Assembly: GCA_032718475.1 (NCBI GenBank)
Contig: JAUCBJ010007651.1
Coordinates: 1-41,636, forward strand
Length of the DNA stretch: 41,636 nucleotides
Source: Nemertoderma westbladi
Lineage: Eukaryota > Animalia > Xenacoelomorpha
Reading direction: 5' to 3'
The notes under the pieces were generated by a model, which saw only the letters and a list, made by a program, of their open reading frames with translations, had not been told where the DNA came from and ran no database searches. A program made the position numbers and the translations under genes. How positions within the stretch are numbered: position 1 is the stretch's first letter; each line of letters begins with the position of its first letter. Of this stretch, positions 1 through 11,210 are shown one piece after another.

Positions 1-1360
1 TTTAAATTACTACTACCAGGTAAAATATTATTTCCTGTAATAAAGGGATTAGGGTTATCTACTACGGTACTATTAATATTAACTACTTCTAACGTACTAC
101 TGCTACCCCCCCCCCCCCCCCCCCCCCGCCCGTACGGCTACACCAGTTCTGGTTCTCCCGCCCGGTGCCTGTGAGTGGGGGCTCACTCTCTGATATTTCC
201 AACCACGCCAGTTCTAGTCGGCGCCGTTTAAGTTTGGCCCGATATAGCCCAAGCATCGCCAGCCGGATATGTACAGCATCTCGCCCACGCTCTTGCTCTA
301 TCTCTCTCTCTCTGCACACTCGCGAATCTCGCTCGGCCGTCTCTCTCGCAAGCATCTCAGATCGACTCGCCGGCTCGCTCTCTATTCTCACCTCCCTAAG
401 GCTTCTCGCGGCCCTCTCGGCTCTCTCTCTATCCTCCCTTACCAACTCTAATAATGCGGTTTCTTCCCTCACTCGCCACTCTAACTGTTTCCGCTCTGCC
501 GCCGCCTTTTCTAATTTATACTCTATGCGTTCACTCTCTCGCACCCTTCTTTCTTTTGCGGAGGATGTAGCAGACTTATCGGTTGCGACGGACTCCCGTC
601 GCCCCTCCGTCCCACCAACTTTCCCCCGCTTTCCGGGGTTTCCTCCGACCGACGAGACCGAATCCTCGGGTTTAACCTCGGATTCGCCCTCCTCAGGTCT
701 CTTCCAACCCACTAATTTTACTCCCCGGGCATCGACTAAGTATGGCCCGACGTACACTACGCTAGGTTCCATACCCCTACACTCCCATAGTTCAATCAGT
801 TCGTTGGCAACCCCCCTCGCTCTCTCCTCGGCTAGTTCTCTCTGCCCAGAACACACTAGGTAATCAAAGTATCTGTTCGACTCACCTAGTCGTCTCCTCA
901 ACTTCACCTGGTCTATCTCAGCCCCTCCTCTAGCTTCCTTCAGTTGTTCCCGGGTCGCATTGTAGGCCCGTCGAAGTCAATCAGGAACCCCGACATCCTC
1001 GTCGCCGACCTCTCCTCCATCTCTCCGGGTCCGACGTCGTACCGGCGGCCCCACCGTCGCCGTTCCGGTGGACCGTCCGTCGTCCTCGGCCTGTGGCTGA
1101 CCGGTGACATCGGTACGTCGACCCTCGCTCCGCGTCGACTCATCTTCCTCTTCTCCTCCCGACTCGATTTCTCTTTGTAGACGACCCCCCACATCTTGGT
1201 TCGCCGGGTCGCTCGTTATCGACGTGGCGTCAACGTACGTCGACGTGGTCGGCGTAGCATCGACCGGCGTCGTGGGTTCGTATCGTCTCGCCGTGGCCTC
1301 GCGGATCGTTAGATCGTCGTCCGGGGTCCGCGGCGGTGTCGTTCCTTTCTCTCGACTCAT
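1..1360 (-). pseudogene. gag: BEL/Pao Gag N-terminal region with one in-frame TGA and one homopolymer frameshift
   Basis: ORFs 977-1360 and 89-907 share a frame and are separated by a single TGA (GVPD*LRRAYNATREQL). The protein has a KPEDSVSSVG motif followed by a Ser-rich stretch and an R/E coiled coil, as in BEL Gag N-termini. After the poly-C run (~106-127) another frame stays open to the window edge (GSSSTLEVVNINSTVVDNPNPFITG). Confidence 0.7.
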
Positions 1361-1490
1361 CTTCGTCTTTGGTGGCTGGCAGCCACAGTCTGTGAGTTGG
1401 TTGGATCTAGTTCTATCACTGTCAGACTGTTAGGGCAGCTGCTAGGATTCTATCACTGTCAGGGCAGCTGGGCAGATCTGATTCTGTCAC

Positions 1491-2039
1491 TGTGACGGGA
1501 TCTACGGATCCCGGTTTATCCGTTGGGTTTTCTATCCACGCGTCCCCGCCGTGTGTGAAAGGTAAAAGAGTTCTGATGTTCGGTAATATGTATAAAGGTA
1601 TAATAGTCTGATATAGCACAGTATAGTATGACACGGTTACCGGTAGATAAGTATGATGGCGGTAGCGGACGGTGACAGAAGTCCCCGTTCCACCCTACTG
1701 ATCTGACTGAGTAAACTAAACTGAATAGGGAAGCACCAACAGGTGATATATGTACTGCACAGTTGGCCATATTACTGTACCTAGTCGATGCTGTCCCTCC
1801 ATTGGCTAATATCCCACTTCTCGCCCTTTCACCTTCCCTGGTGTGTTTCCCGTTGCCCCTGTTGTTCTCTCTCTGTTAGGGGTTTGGCCCCTGACCCTTA
1901 TTGTGTGTGTCTCCTTTGGGGCCTATTGTCCCCGTTTACTGGGCTGACACGAGGTTGATTGGTAATCAACCTCGTGCTCCCAATATTGCTCAACGGCTTA
2001 CTTTGTGGGTTCATGTTAGCGGAATTGGATAAGCTAACA
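1491..2039 (-). repeat. LTR (549 bp), 5' LTR of the BEL element
   Basis: TGT...ACA termini (tgtgacggg...gctaaca). Colinear with, but clearly diverged from, 7529-8071. Confidence 0.9.
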
Positions 2040-2582
2040 TATCTATTGAATGGATTTTCAAAATTTCGTGCTAGCACCAAAATTTGCACACAGCACCGAA
2101 AAATACAAGTTTGATACGCTTGGTGCAACTCGTATATATTTCATCGAATCCAGAACCCAAAAAAACCCCAATTGCGTAAAAAATAAGCTTCAAACAATAA
2201 ATTTACAAAATTGATATATTTCAAAATTTGGTGCTGGCACCAAAATTTGGCACCCACCGAAAAAAACAAGTTTGAAATTTCTAAATCAATTTATATGAAT
2301 TCCATCCAATTGCTAACACCAAAAAACCGGTGTAAATCAAAAATAGAGATGTCACAATTAATATTTAATGCCAAAAAAAAGTGCCAAAAGTAGGGTAAAA
2401 AATGGTGCTATAACTCAAAACTACCCAATATTTTTGAAAACGGTTTTCACTACTAGGAAGACAATAGATTTTTAGGAAAAGTCAGAAAATTTCAGATTAC
2501 CAACTGCGTTTGTTTCAGAATTATAATAAAAAAACCACGGGGGGGGGGGTCATATTGACCCCCCCCCCCGGGTTTAATAGGG
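2040..2582. mobile_element. Right part of a piggyBac-like non-autonomous element, split by the BEL insertion
   Basis: Near-identical to ~21655-22239. Ends CCCGGGTTTAATAGGG followed by TTAA at 2583-2586. Confidence 0.9.
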
Positions 2583-2879
2583 TTAAGAAGGCCGAATAGT
2601 ACAGTGTGATCGGTAATGGTGGTATGGCTAAGGTTTGGAATTTAGTTAGAATTTAGTTGAAAGTTCAACTATTTTTCTTTAAAAAACGCTTTAACTAACT
2701 AAATTCGTAGCGACAAATTAACTAAAACCACTTTAACTAAATAACACCAAATGACTGTTGAACAGCACTGTGTACGAGCCCGTATGCTCTGATGGATTCT
2801 ACAGTAAGGTGCTTCGTTACTAGGATGCGGTAAGCGGTATACTACTGGACTTATCAATTGATAACAATAAAAGTAAAAT

Positions 2880-3021
2880 TATTTATTTTCAAAAAATATT
2901 AGCTAGTAAAAAAAACACTAGCTACCATAAAAAAAATACCTACTGGGTTATAGAACATTCACCATTATCAAGGGAACACTCAAAAGTCAAAACCACAAAA
3001 AATGAATGTTTAAAAAATGAC
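2880..3021 (+). repeat. Diverged third copy of the LRR-gene upstream region
   Basis: tagctagtaaaaaa..cactagctacca...agaacattcacca...aaaaaatgaca matches ~7300-7428 and ~17830-17960. Confidence 0.7.
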
Positions 3022-3115
3022 ACTACTGTGATCGGCATGCTGCATTGCAGCTGCATTTTTAAGAATGTTGTGCCGACTTGTCGAAAAAATTGCGCCGCCA
3101 CAACTCCCTATCCAC
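3022..3115 (-). mobile_element. Short 5'-truncated 3' end of an RTE-clade LINE
   Basis: The reverse complement matches the 3' end of the RTE copy at ~36430-36520 (atagggag.tgtggcggc...tgcagcatgccgatc.agtag). Confidence 0.75.
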
Positions 3116-3574
3116 AATTGTATTTTGTAATTTTAAGTTCACTAAAAAATAATAGGTAACCTCTCTCGGAAGGTGAAATTTACGTTCTAGAACACAAAAC
3201 ATCATGATAATGATATTAACATGGTCAAAAATTGATCATAAATTAGGTACCAAAAATTTGGTGTTGTAATTTTCAAAACAGTACTGCAGCTACCTAAAAA
3301 AAACACTAGCTTCCATAAAAAAAAACACTAGCTAACGTCTCATAGAAGATGACATTTACGTTCTAAAATAAAAAAACCTCATGATAATAGCCATTAAAAT
3401 TGTAAAATAAATGGTCAAAATATGGGTATCCATAACATACAGTACATAGTAGTGCATAGGATTACCCCTCGTAAAACTTTGCAACTTATTTCCATAGGGG
3501 TCCTTTATGTTACTTGGTTACAAATACAGTACACAATGTGAAAAGTCACTATTTGTATGTCATATTGTGTAAGT

Positions 3575-4235
3575 CGTATATATTTTATTCTTAAATTGTT
3601 ACATTTCCGCTCGAATATACCACAAAATCGGGAGAAAAAGTTTCACCTTTTTCCCTAGGGAAAAAAGTAAAGTAAAATATTTTTGTGGAATTTGTAAAAT
3701 TTTATTACATATATTGAAAGAGCATCGACGTAGAAAAGGTTTGCAAGTAATTTGAACAAAATCCATTCACACACTCAAAAGTTATTGCAACTTTAATAAT
3801 GTCTGCAAGGCGAACTCCAAAACGGAACTCAGTATCCAATATTGGTTTATGTTGTTAAGCGGCTCTCTAGTTACGTAATAATTATTCGGGAACACTAAAT
3901 TATTTTAACATTGAGTAAGGCAACATCGAGAGTTGAAAAGTACAATAATTTGTATTGCAGTAACTATGGAAGCAATATAGTAAATTACTGTAGTTCAAAT
4001 TAATTTATTTTGTAACACTACTGTACTGTAGTATATCGCTATGTTTTATTAAAGAATTTAGCAACAAAAACGTAGCAATTTAAGAATAAATGACGTATTA
4101 CATGTGAAAAAAACGTAGAACATTTTTTTCAAAATTTTCTCAACCATTTATTAACCTCGCTGACGCTCGGTTAATAAAATGCCTCGAGAATAAGGAAAAA
4201 AAGTTCTACTTTTTTCCCATGTAATAAATAATTAT
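3575..4235. mobile_element. Non-autonomous element with an internal inverted repeat and a ~130-bp terminal palindrome (possibly Crypton-like)
   Basis: Inverted pair tttattcttaaattgttac (~3583) / gtagcaatttaagaataaa (~4073). Imperfect palindrome 4096-4226 centred on ctcgctgacgctcg. The family assignment is from recall only. Confidence 0.45.
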
Positions 4236-4830
4236 TTGTCTCTATTTATATGCCTATGTCATATTATATTTTTATCCTATACGGATAAAAAATTCGGACA
4301 AAAAAATAGTACTTCCTTTTTGTAATAGAAATAGTTATTATTATTTGGTATCAATTAATAATCTAGAAGTCCATGGACAATGATATATGGAGCACTCTAA
4401 TTAATTGGGCACTCCCAGGCAAAAGGGTCCCTACTTCGCCCTGAAGACACACCCCTTACAATTTTTTTCTACCAGTCCTTTTCTAGTGTTTTCAATTTTT
4501 TTTTTTTGTTTTTTTTTGTTTCTAGATAAATGTATATTGGGCTATAAATTTAACTACATACGAATATAATTATTCACTAATAACTAACTATTCCATAAAT
4601 TCAACTACCTATCTACTAGTTCTAGAAATAACGGCTGATTGAATAGAGTTTGTAAAGGTTTCATCTAGTATTCCTCCTCTCTTTCCTCTCCTTCTTCTTC
4701 TTTTTCTAGTGTTTTCAATAATTTTTTGGTATTGGTGAATGTTCTGTGTTTGGCGAACAGCTACTGTGTTTTCTGCATAACCTCTACCAAATTTTCTAAA
4801 TCTAGCTAGATTTTGTTACTTTTTTTAAAA

Positions 4831-5819
4831 TGTTCTAGAACATAATGTCTAAATAAAATACTTTAAAAATTGTGTTCTATAATAAATAAATAATTTATCT
4901 AATAATCTATAATAAATGTCTAATAAATATATAAAAAAAAATAATAATAATAATACCAAAAGAAATAGGGTTGGTGGCTCCATGACATACCGGTACTAAA
5001 TATAATAATATCAGACATTGATGAAGTAAGAGTAAGGACAAGTTAGATGATACCCGTAATTACTATTGATTCTAATTAAATTTAAGAAAGTTATAGTTGG
5101 AAGAAGAATGGATGGAGGGAGATAGAGAATCCCAACGAAGGCGACTCAACCCTGTTGTCTAAAATGTCTAATAAATTACTTTAAAAATTTTGTTCTATAA
5201 TAAATAAATTGTTGTTCTAGAACATTTCATAAAATAGCAATCCTATTTGTAAATTTTTTAACATTTAATTTTCATTATTTTTTATGTTATCTTTGTTTCC
5301 ATAAAGTATAGTCAATCAGTTTTGCTAGCTATTCTGATCGAAAACACTATTTATAGAACTTTATATTTTCTGTGCATAAAACAAAAATATTTCATGTTAA
5401 TTTATAACACATAGCCAATATTATTCATTAAATTGTATTTATTAAATATAAATACTCAACATAAAATATTTTAACTAGCTAATAAAAACTACTAGCGAAT
5501 AATTATAATCACTAGCTACCATGATAATTTGCATTTGTTAGGAATTGTTCTTAACGCTAATCAAATAAAGGCTATAGTTCCGTCCGTATGTGCCAACATT
5601 TTCAGTTTGCTCTAAAATAAATAAAAAAACATCTAAATCTAAATAAAAAAAACAGCAAAAAAACACCTTTTTTTAAATGTTCTACAACTAAAGATATTTG
5701 TTCTAGAACATTCTTTTAAAAAAATAAATACTATTTGTTCTAGAACATGTTTAAAAAAATAACAAAAAATAGCTAGGAAAACAACAAAAAACCTAATTAA
5801 TTTAAAATGTTCTAGAACA
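4831..5819. promoter_or_regulatory. Cluster of the palindrome TGTTCTAGAACA (heat-shock-element core nTTCnnGAAn)
   Basis: Perfect copies start at 4831, 5213, 5699, 5736 and 5808. The 5699 copy extends to TTCTAGAACATTC (three pentamers). The cluster recurs in copy B. Function is inferred. Confidence 0.5.
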
Positions 5820-5899
5820 ACAATGCCCTAAACACAGTAGTACCATATGTTCTATAACATTATTAGATAGATATGTATTTCATGGTAAATGGTGTTTTT

Positions 5900-7290
5900 T
5901 TACTAGCTTGTAAAGGATTTCTCGCTCCTAAACGGCTTTTAAATGTATCTCAAAAATGTTTCCAAGTCCTAACACACTTCGTTTACTGGTTTAGTTTCTC
6001 TTGGTCGAGATGACTGACTTGAAATAGCTCGCATAACACACGGTCCTACAACTGCTTATACTTTACGGACGAACGGACGTCCACAACCTTTTCAAGACAG
6101 TGAAAAAAAACTGAGATTTCTATTTTCCAGATGTTATTAATGTCTTCCTTGGATAAAAAATAGTGTATGGTACGTAACACCATAGAAAACCCTCTGGGAA
6201 GAGGAAAAAGAGAAACCGGATGAGGGGTGCTTTGGGTCCGTTAGGAACCAAAGTATAGCATCGAAAAATAATCCCAGTCTATAGTCCTATAGTCTATAGG
6301 TTGCTAAAAAATAGTCCGAAAAGTTTTAATATAGAAAAATTGTCGTGAAATAATTGGTGCGGCTTCACGCTATTGGAAAACTTGGCAATAGTGCAAACAC
6401 CAGGTTACTTTCTATGTCCAAACGGTGGTGGGAGTGATTGGACGCAGGAAGTTAGCTGATACTTTGTCCTACGACTCAAAGTTATGACTGACGTCGCGCC
6501 AATGACCCTGCTGGCAGAGTGAGCAAGCACTAGAGGGCTGGTTGGCCCAGAGCTCTTTCTCTGTGGGAACTACCCAACCCACGCTCCTAAGCCGCACCGA
6601 CACTAAGCGAAGTAAAGGTGGGTGGGTATAGGAACAGTCCAACCCGGCTGCTGAGAACTGAGCCAAGATAGCGTGCCAAGGGCTGCCATATACAAGCCCG
6701 AGTGTTACTGACTGCTGAAATAGTGAAATGTGGCCCCTTATAAACCCGGTGTTCGGGGTCAATAATAGGAGTTGACCCCTAATTATCACTTGCTAAGAAT
6801 AGTGGTCTTTCCTTAACACGAATTTGTTAATACACGTTAAAGTTATAATTGAAATTGGCAGGTGAACTATGTTCTTTATTATTTAACAGAGCTTCCCTGG
6901 GATAATGTGTGTAAGCCAATCATAATAGGTTTAGGCAGGCTAATGAGAGTGATGCTCTCCCATTGGGTGGAGGTAATTGGGAGAGATGCCAGGAAGATAT
7001 TACTGACTGGTTGGTTTATTGAGTGTTTGAAGGTAACTGCAAAGAGCAAAGGGCCGTTGAATATTGGATGGCAATGACAGGAGGTTTGGATGAGAGATGT
7101 GGATGGGAATAATATGGGAATTTATATACTGCATCTAAAGTGGTATAGTGCTGCCTATGTAGGCGTGAAAAATATATTACATTGCTGTTGACACTTTTTG
7201 AAATTATAAAAAAAATGGGAAAACATTAAATTGTTACAGAATATATTTATAACCAAAAATATTAATGATATTATAACAGTTTTACAGCTT
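5900..7290 (-). pseudogene. Decayed coding sequence of unknown function, divergent from the LRR gene
   Basis: ORF 6469-6789 continues through stops as DKVSANFLRPITPTTVWT*KVTWC, which aligns without gaps to GNVAANQLRQIGPTPVWTQMVTWC at 27277-27546 and includes synonymous changes. Boundaries are approximate. Confidence 0.5.
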
Positions 7291-7528
7291 ATATTAATTT
7301 TTTTTCAAAAATTACTAGCTAGTAAAAAATACACTAGCTACCACAAAAAATATCTGCTAAGATTCTAGAACATTCACCAATATCAAAAAAAACACTCAAA
7401 AACACAAAAAAAGGTTAAAAAAATGACAGGGGTGGTTCATTTTAGGATTCAGGCTAAAAACAAAACACTGGGAACTTTAAAAATATCTAAATACCTTGCT
7501 AATAATTATTGTAACTAATGTACACTTA

Positions 7529-8071
7529 TGTGACGGGATCCGAAAATCCCGGTTTATCCCGGTGTCTAATCTGCGCGTCCCCGCCGTGTGTATGTGAAAA
7601 GAGTTCTGGGTTGTTGAATAACTCTGACTGTTGTTGATATATATAAGATAGGATATAAGCATAAAGTGAATAAAGTACCGGTATAATGGCTGAATATAGC
7701 TGACAGTAGATGGAGATGGTGATTAGAGTTCCGGTACTGCCCTAACAAACTGACTTACTAAAGTGAATAAATGATACAATGAATGGTAATATATGGTTGG
7801 CCGTATTACGTTACTCAGTGGATGCCTTCCCCCTATTGGCTAATAACTCATTTCTCACCCTCCCATCTCTCTGGGAGTGTTTCCCCCTGCTGCTACCACT
7901 CTCTCCCTCCCGGAGGTGTAACCTCTGACCCCCGCTGTGTGTGTGTCTCTTTGGGGTTTGTCGCCCCGCTTATTGGGGTGATACAAGGTTGATTTGGTAA
8001 TCAACCTTGTACTCCCAATATTGCTTAAAGCCAACTTTGTGGGGTGGTTAGTGGAATTGAATTCGCTAACA
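7529..8071 (-). repeat. LTR (543 bp), 3' LTR
   Basis: TGT...ACA termini, adjacent PPT, homologous to 1491-2039. Confidence 0.9.
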
Positions 8072-9083
8072 CTCCCCCCATGCTATCTTCCCGGTGAGAA
8101 GATAGCATCCACCTATAGTGCGCTACAATTCCGCTGGATCCCGATCTACCATCGGGTGTGGGGTGGGGCTATTTTCCTCGGAGCCGGCTTTCCAGGCCGC
8201 TCCCTATGGGTGATATTGCTACCCCGTCTTGGTACAACTCTACCTATCTTGTACCAAGACATCTGGCATCCCGTGTCGGGCCGATCGTGACTTTCTCCCA
8301 CACGATTTTTGTTTCCCCAACACTCTCGCCACTCTGACTCCGCTCTATCCCTTACTCCAACTTCTCAACCGCACCAACTCTTACTCCTCCCCCCCCCCAC
8401 ACTCGAACTGCACTCCTCTCACTGTCCCTCATCCTGTCAAAAAATCTCCTCTCCATTCTCCCCCCGATTCCCATTCTCGCTTTCGTCCCTCACACACTCA
8501 TCGGGCCCCACACATGAGCACTCATGTTGGTGGGAGCCGTCCAAGTCCCGTCCTGTCGCCCTAGTCAATTAATCCCCAGTCCCAGTAGCTAATTGGAAAA
8601 GGTTGTGCTTGACTACGGTACATACTTTATAATATATATATACGAGTTACTTATATAATTATTATAAGGCTATTATCATATATTATATTATATGTTCGTC
8701 TACATAACGCACCTCATTCTCTCTCGGCCTTTCTCCCCTGTCGACATCTTCCAGTCGCTTCTCCCCAAATCTATCCGCTTCCAACTTCTCCCACGTGATA
8801 TGTGTATCCACCTCCCTGTCTACTAGATGCCGGCTGTTGTATTACACCGACTCGCCCTTCAGCCCCAGGTGGTCTACCAGACCCTCGAAGGCCATCTTGA
8901 AGGCTTTTCTGTAGTTCGGAGGTGATCCTAATATTCTTGATTTTTATTTGTTTTGTGCTATTGCCCTCATTCTAAATCTATCTTTCTGGCTACTACTTCT
9001 ATGGTATATTGTGCTCTCTAATCTCTTACTATATACTATATCTTATACATATTTATCCTCCTACCACTAATTCTTGCTACTAA

Positions 9084-9533
9084 CGGTACTCTACGCACCC
9101 TCTTACTAACTAGTTCTACAACTAACTACTACTCTTACTAACCGGTACTATGTACCCTCTTACTAACTAGCTCTATAACTAACTACTACTCTTACTAATT
9201 GGTACTACGTACCCTCTTACTAACTTCCAACTCCACTAACTCTTACTAACCGGTACTACGTACCCTCTTACTAACCTCTAACTCCCACTAACTCCTACTA
9301 ACCGGTACTACGTACCCTCTTACTAACTTCTAACTCTCCCAACTATCGGTACTACGTACCCTCTTACTAACTTCTAACTCTCCCAACTATCGGTACTACA
9401 TACCCTCTTACTAACTTCTAACTTGACTAACTAGCGGTACTATGTACCCTCCTACTACTTAACTAACTAGCGGTACTACGTACCCTCCTACTACTAACTA
9501 ACTAGCGGTACTACGTACCCTCTTACTACTAAC
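9084..9533. repeat. Array of ~10 GGTACTACGTACCCTCTTACTAAC units with variable CTAA-rich spacers
   Basis: Read directly from the sequence. Confidence 0.9.
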
Positions 9534-9671
9534 TTATATCTGCCTACTTACTGCGTACCTATTATGTACTATTATTATTATTATTATTTTTTTTTTTGTG
9601 TGTGGGATGGGCGTCTCGCCCTCAATCCCACCCCCCTCAGTCCAATACTTGGACGACTAAACTCTACTCAA

Positions 9672-10304
9672 CTAAGGTGCTCCCTCTAACAGGCAGCACT
9701 TCCCTACAGCCCTCCTGTAGGTCTTCCTATCTTTCGCTCCTATCTTGCCACTTATCCGCACTTCTACCGATCGGACTCTTCCGTCCTCATCGGAGTATGT
9801 GCCCACAACCCTCGCCAACCGCCACTGGTTGTTGATGATGGTATCGTCCGTGACGATCACCAGATCACCCTCCTTTAACTCTCTGTTTGTATTTCTCCAT
9901 TTGCTCCTCCTATGAAGCGTGGGTAGATATTCCTCGACCCACCTCCTCCAATACTCTGCGCTTATCGCCTTAGCGACTTTCCAACTCTGGCGGGAGTGTA
10001 TGTCGTCTGGGTCTACACCCCGCTTGTCGATAGTTGCTGGCCTTTCCATTAGAAAATGACTGGGCGTCAGCACATCTAATGACTCAGGGTCATCATTTTC
10101 TGGATATAACGGTCTGCTATTAATGATACCATCACACTTTGCTAATACCGTTCTTAGTACGTCCTCTGTGACCATGTGGGTGTTCATCAATTTCGTCATC
10201 AGACGCTTTGAACTACCCACGAGTCTCTCGACGCATCCTAGAGTATGCGGAGCATACGGCGTCCTCCTCTCCCACTTCACCTGTCGTCTTCTCATGGCTG
10301 CCAT
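9672..10304 (-). pseudogene. pol: BEL/Pao integrase C-terminal fragment (DUF5641-like), duplicate copy
   Basis: 210-aa ORF with BEL integrase C-terminal motifs, 5'-truncated at the duplication junction. Confidence 0.9.
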
Positions 10305-11210
10305 GACTTCCTCCCCTTCCAGGACCGCTCCCTATGGGTGATATTGCTACCCCGTCTTGGTACAACTCTACCTATCTTGAACCAAGACATCTGGCGTCCC
10401 GTGTCGGGCCGATCGTGACTTTCTCCCACACGATTTTTGTTTCCCCAACACTCTCGCCACTCTGACTCCGCTCTATCCCTTACTCCAACTTCTCAACCGC
10501 TCCAACTCTTACTCCTCCCCCCCCCACACTCGAACTGCACTCCTCTCACTGTCCCTCATCCTGTCAAAAAATCTCCTCTCCATTCTCCCCCCGATTCCCA
10601 TTCTCGCTTTCGTCCCTCACACACTCATCAGGCCCCACACATGAGCACTCATGTTGGTGGGAGCCGTCCAAGTCCCGTCCTGTCGCCCTAGTCAATTAAT
10701 CCCCAGTCCCAGTAGCTAATTGGAAAAGGTTGTGCTTGACTACGGTACATACTTTATAATATATATATACGAGTTACTTATATAATTATTATAAGGCTAT
10801 TATCATATATTATATTATATGTTCGTCTACATAACGCACCTCATTCTCTCTCAGCCTTTCTCCCCTGGCGACATCTTCCAGTCGCTTCTCCCCAAATCTA
10901 TCCGCTTCCAACTTCTCCCACGTGATATGTGTATCCACCTCCCTGTCTACTAGATGCCGGCTGTTGTATTACACCGACTCACCCTTCAGCCCCAGGTGGT
11001 CTACCAGACCCTCGAAGGCCATCTTGAAGGCTTTTCTGTAGTTCGGAGGTGATCCTAATATTCTTGATTTTTATTTATTTTGTGCTATTGCCCTCATTCT
11101 AAATCTATCTTTCTGGCTACTACTTCTATGGTATATTGTGCTCTCTAGTCTCTTACTATATACTATATCTTATACATATTTATCCTCCTACCACTAATTC
11201 TTGCTACTAA

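Larger units (their letters stand above)
1..2039 (-). mobile_element. BEL/Pao LTR retrotransposon, 5' part (5' LTR + gag), running off the left edge
   Basis: The LTR at 1491-2039 is homologous to the LTR at 7529-8071, which is linked to a PPT and a BEL integrase. A gag-like ORF follows it on the minus strand. The right flank resumes inside a piggyBac-like MITE. Confidence 0.85.
4278..7528 (+). repeat. Segmental duplication, copy A
   Basis: Colinear with and highly similar to 15273-18088. Copy A holds an extra ~500 bp (~6302-6800) that is replaced by ~25 bp in copy B. Confidence 0.95.

Noticed and set aside
35-97. Apparent intron in gag (GTACGT...CTAAT...TTACAG on the minus strand)
   Set aside because: An unspliced frame is open across it after a homopolymer frameshift, while the spliced product hits a stop within 11 codons.
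165-1433. Plus-strand Ser-rich ORFs (165-863, 944-1180, 1104-1433)
   Set aside because: Antisense shadows of the purine-rich gag frame.
2211-2393. Short ORF repeated at 21787-21993
   Set aside because: An incidental frame inside the non-coding MITE tandem repeat, with no transposase motifs.
2771-2852. Hammerhead or twister ribozyme
   Set aside because: CTGATGG is not CUGANGA, is absent from the second copy, and no matching GAAA or stems were found.
1491-8071. The two LTRs as ends of one element enclosing 2040-7528
   Set aside because: The PPT and integrase lie to the right of LTR 2 and gag lies to the left of LTR 1. The LTRs are clearly diverged, and the enclosed DNA is host or MITE sequence.
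9084-9533. CRISPR-like repeat-spacer array
   Set aside because: The spacers are low-complexity, related to each other (two are identical) and variable in length. There are no cas genes, and the array lies inside a eukaryotic retrotransposon.
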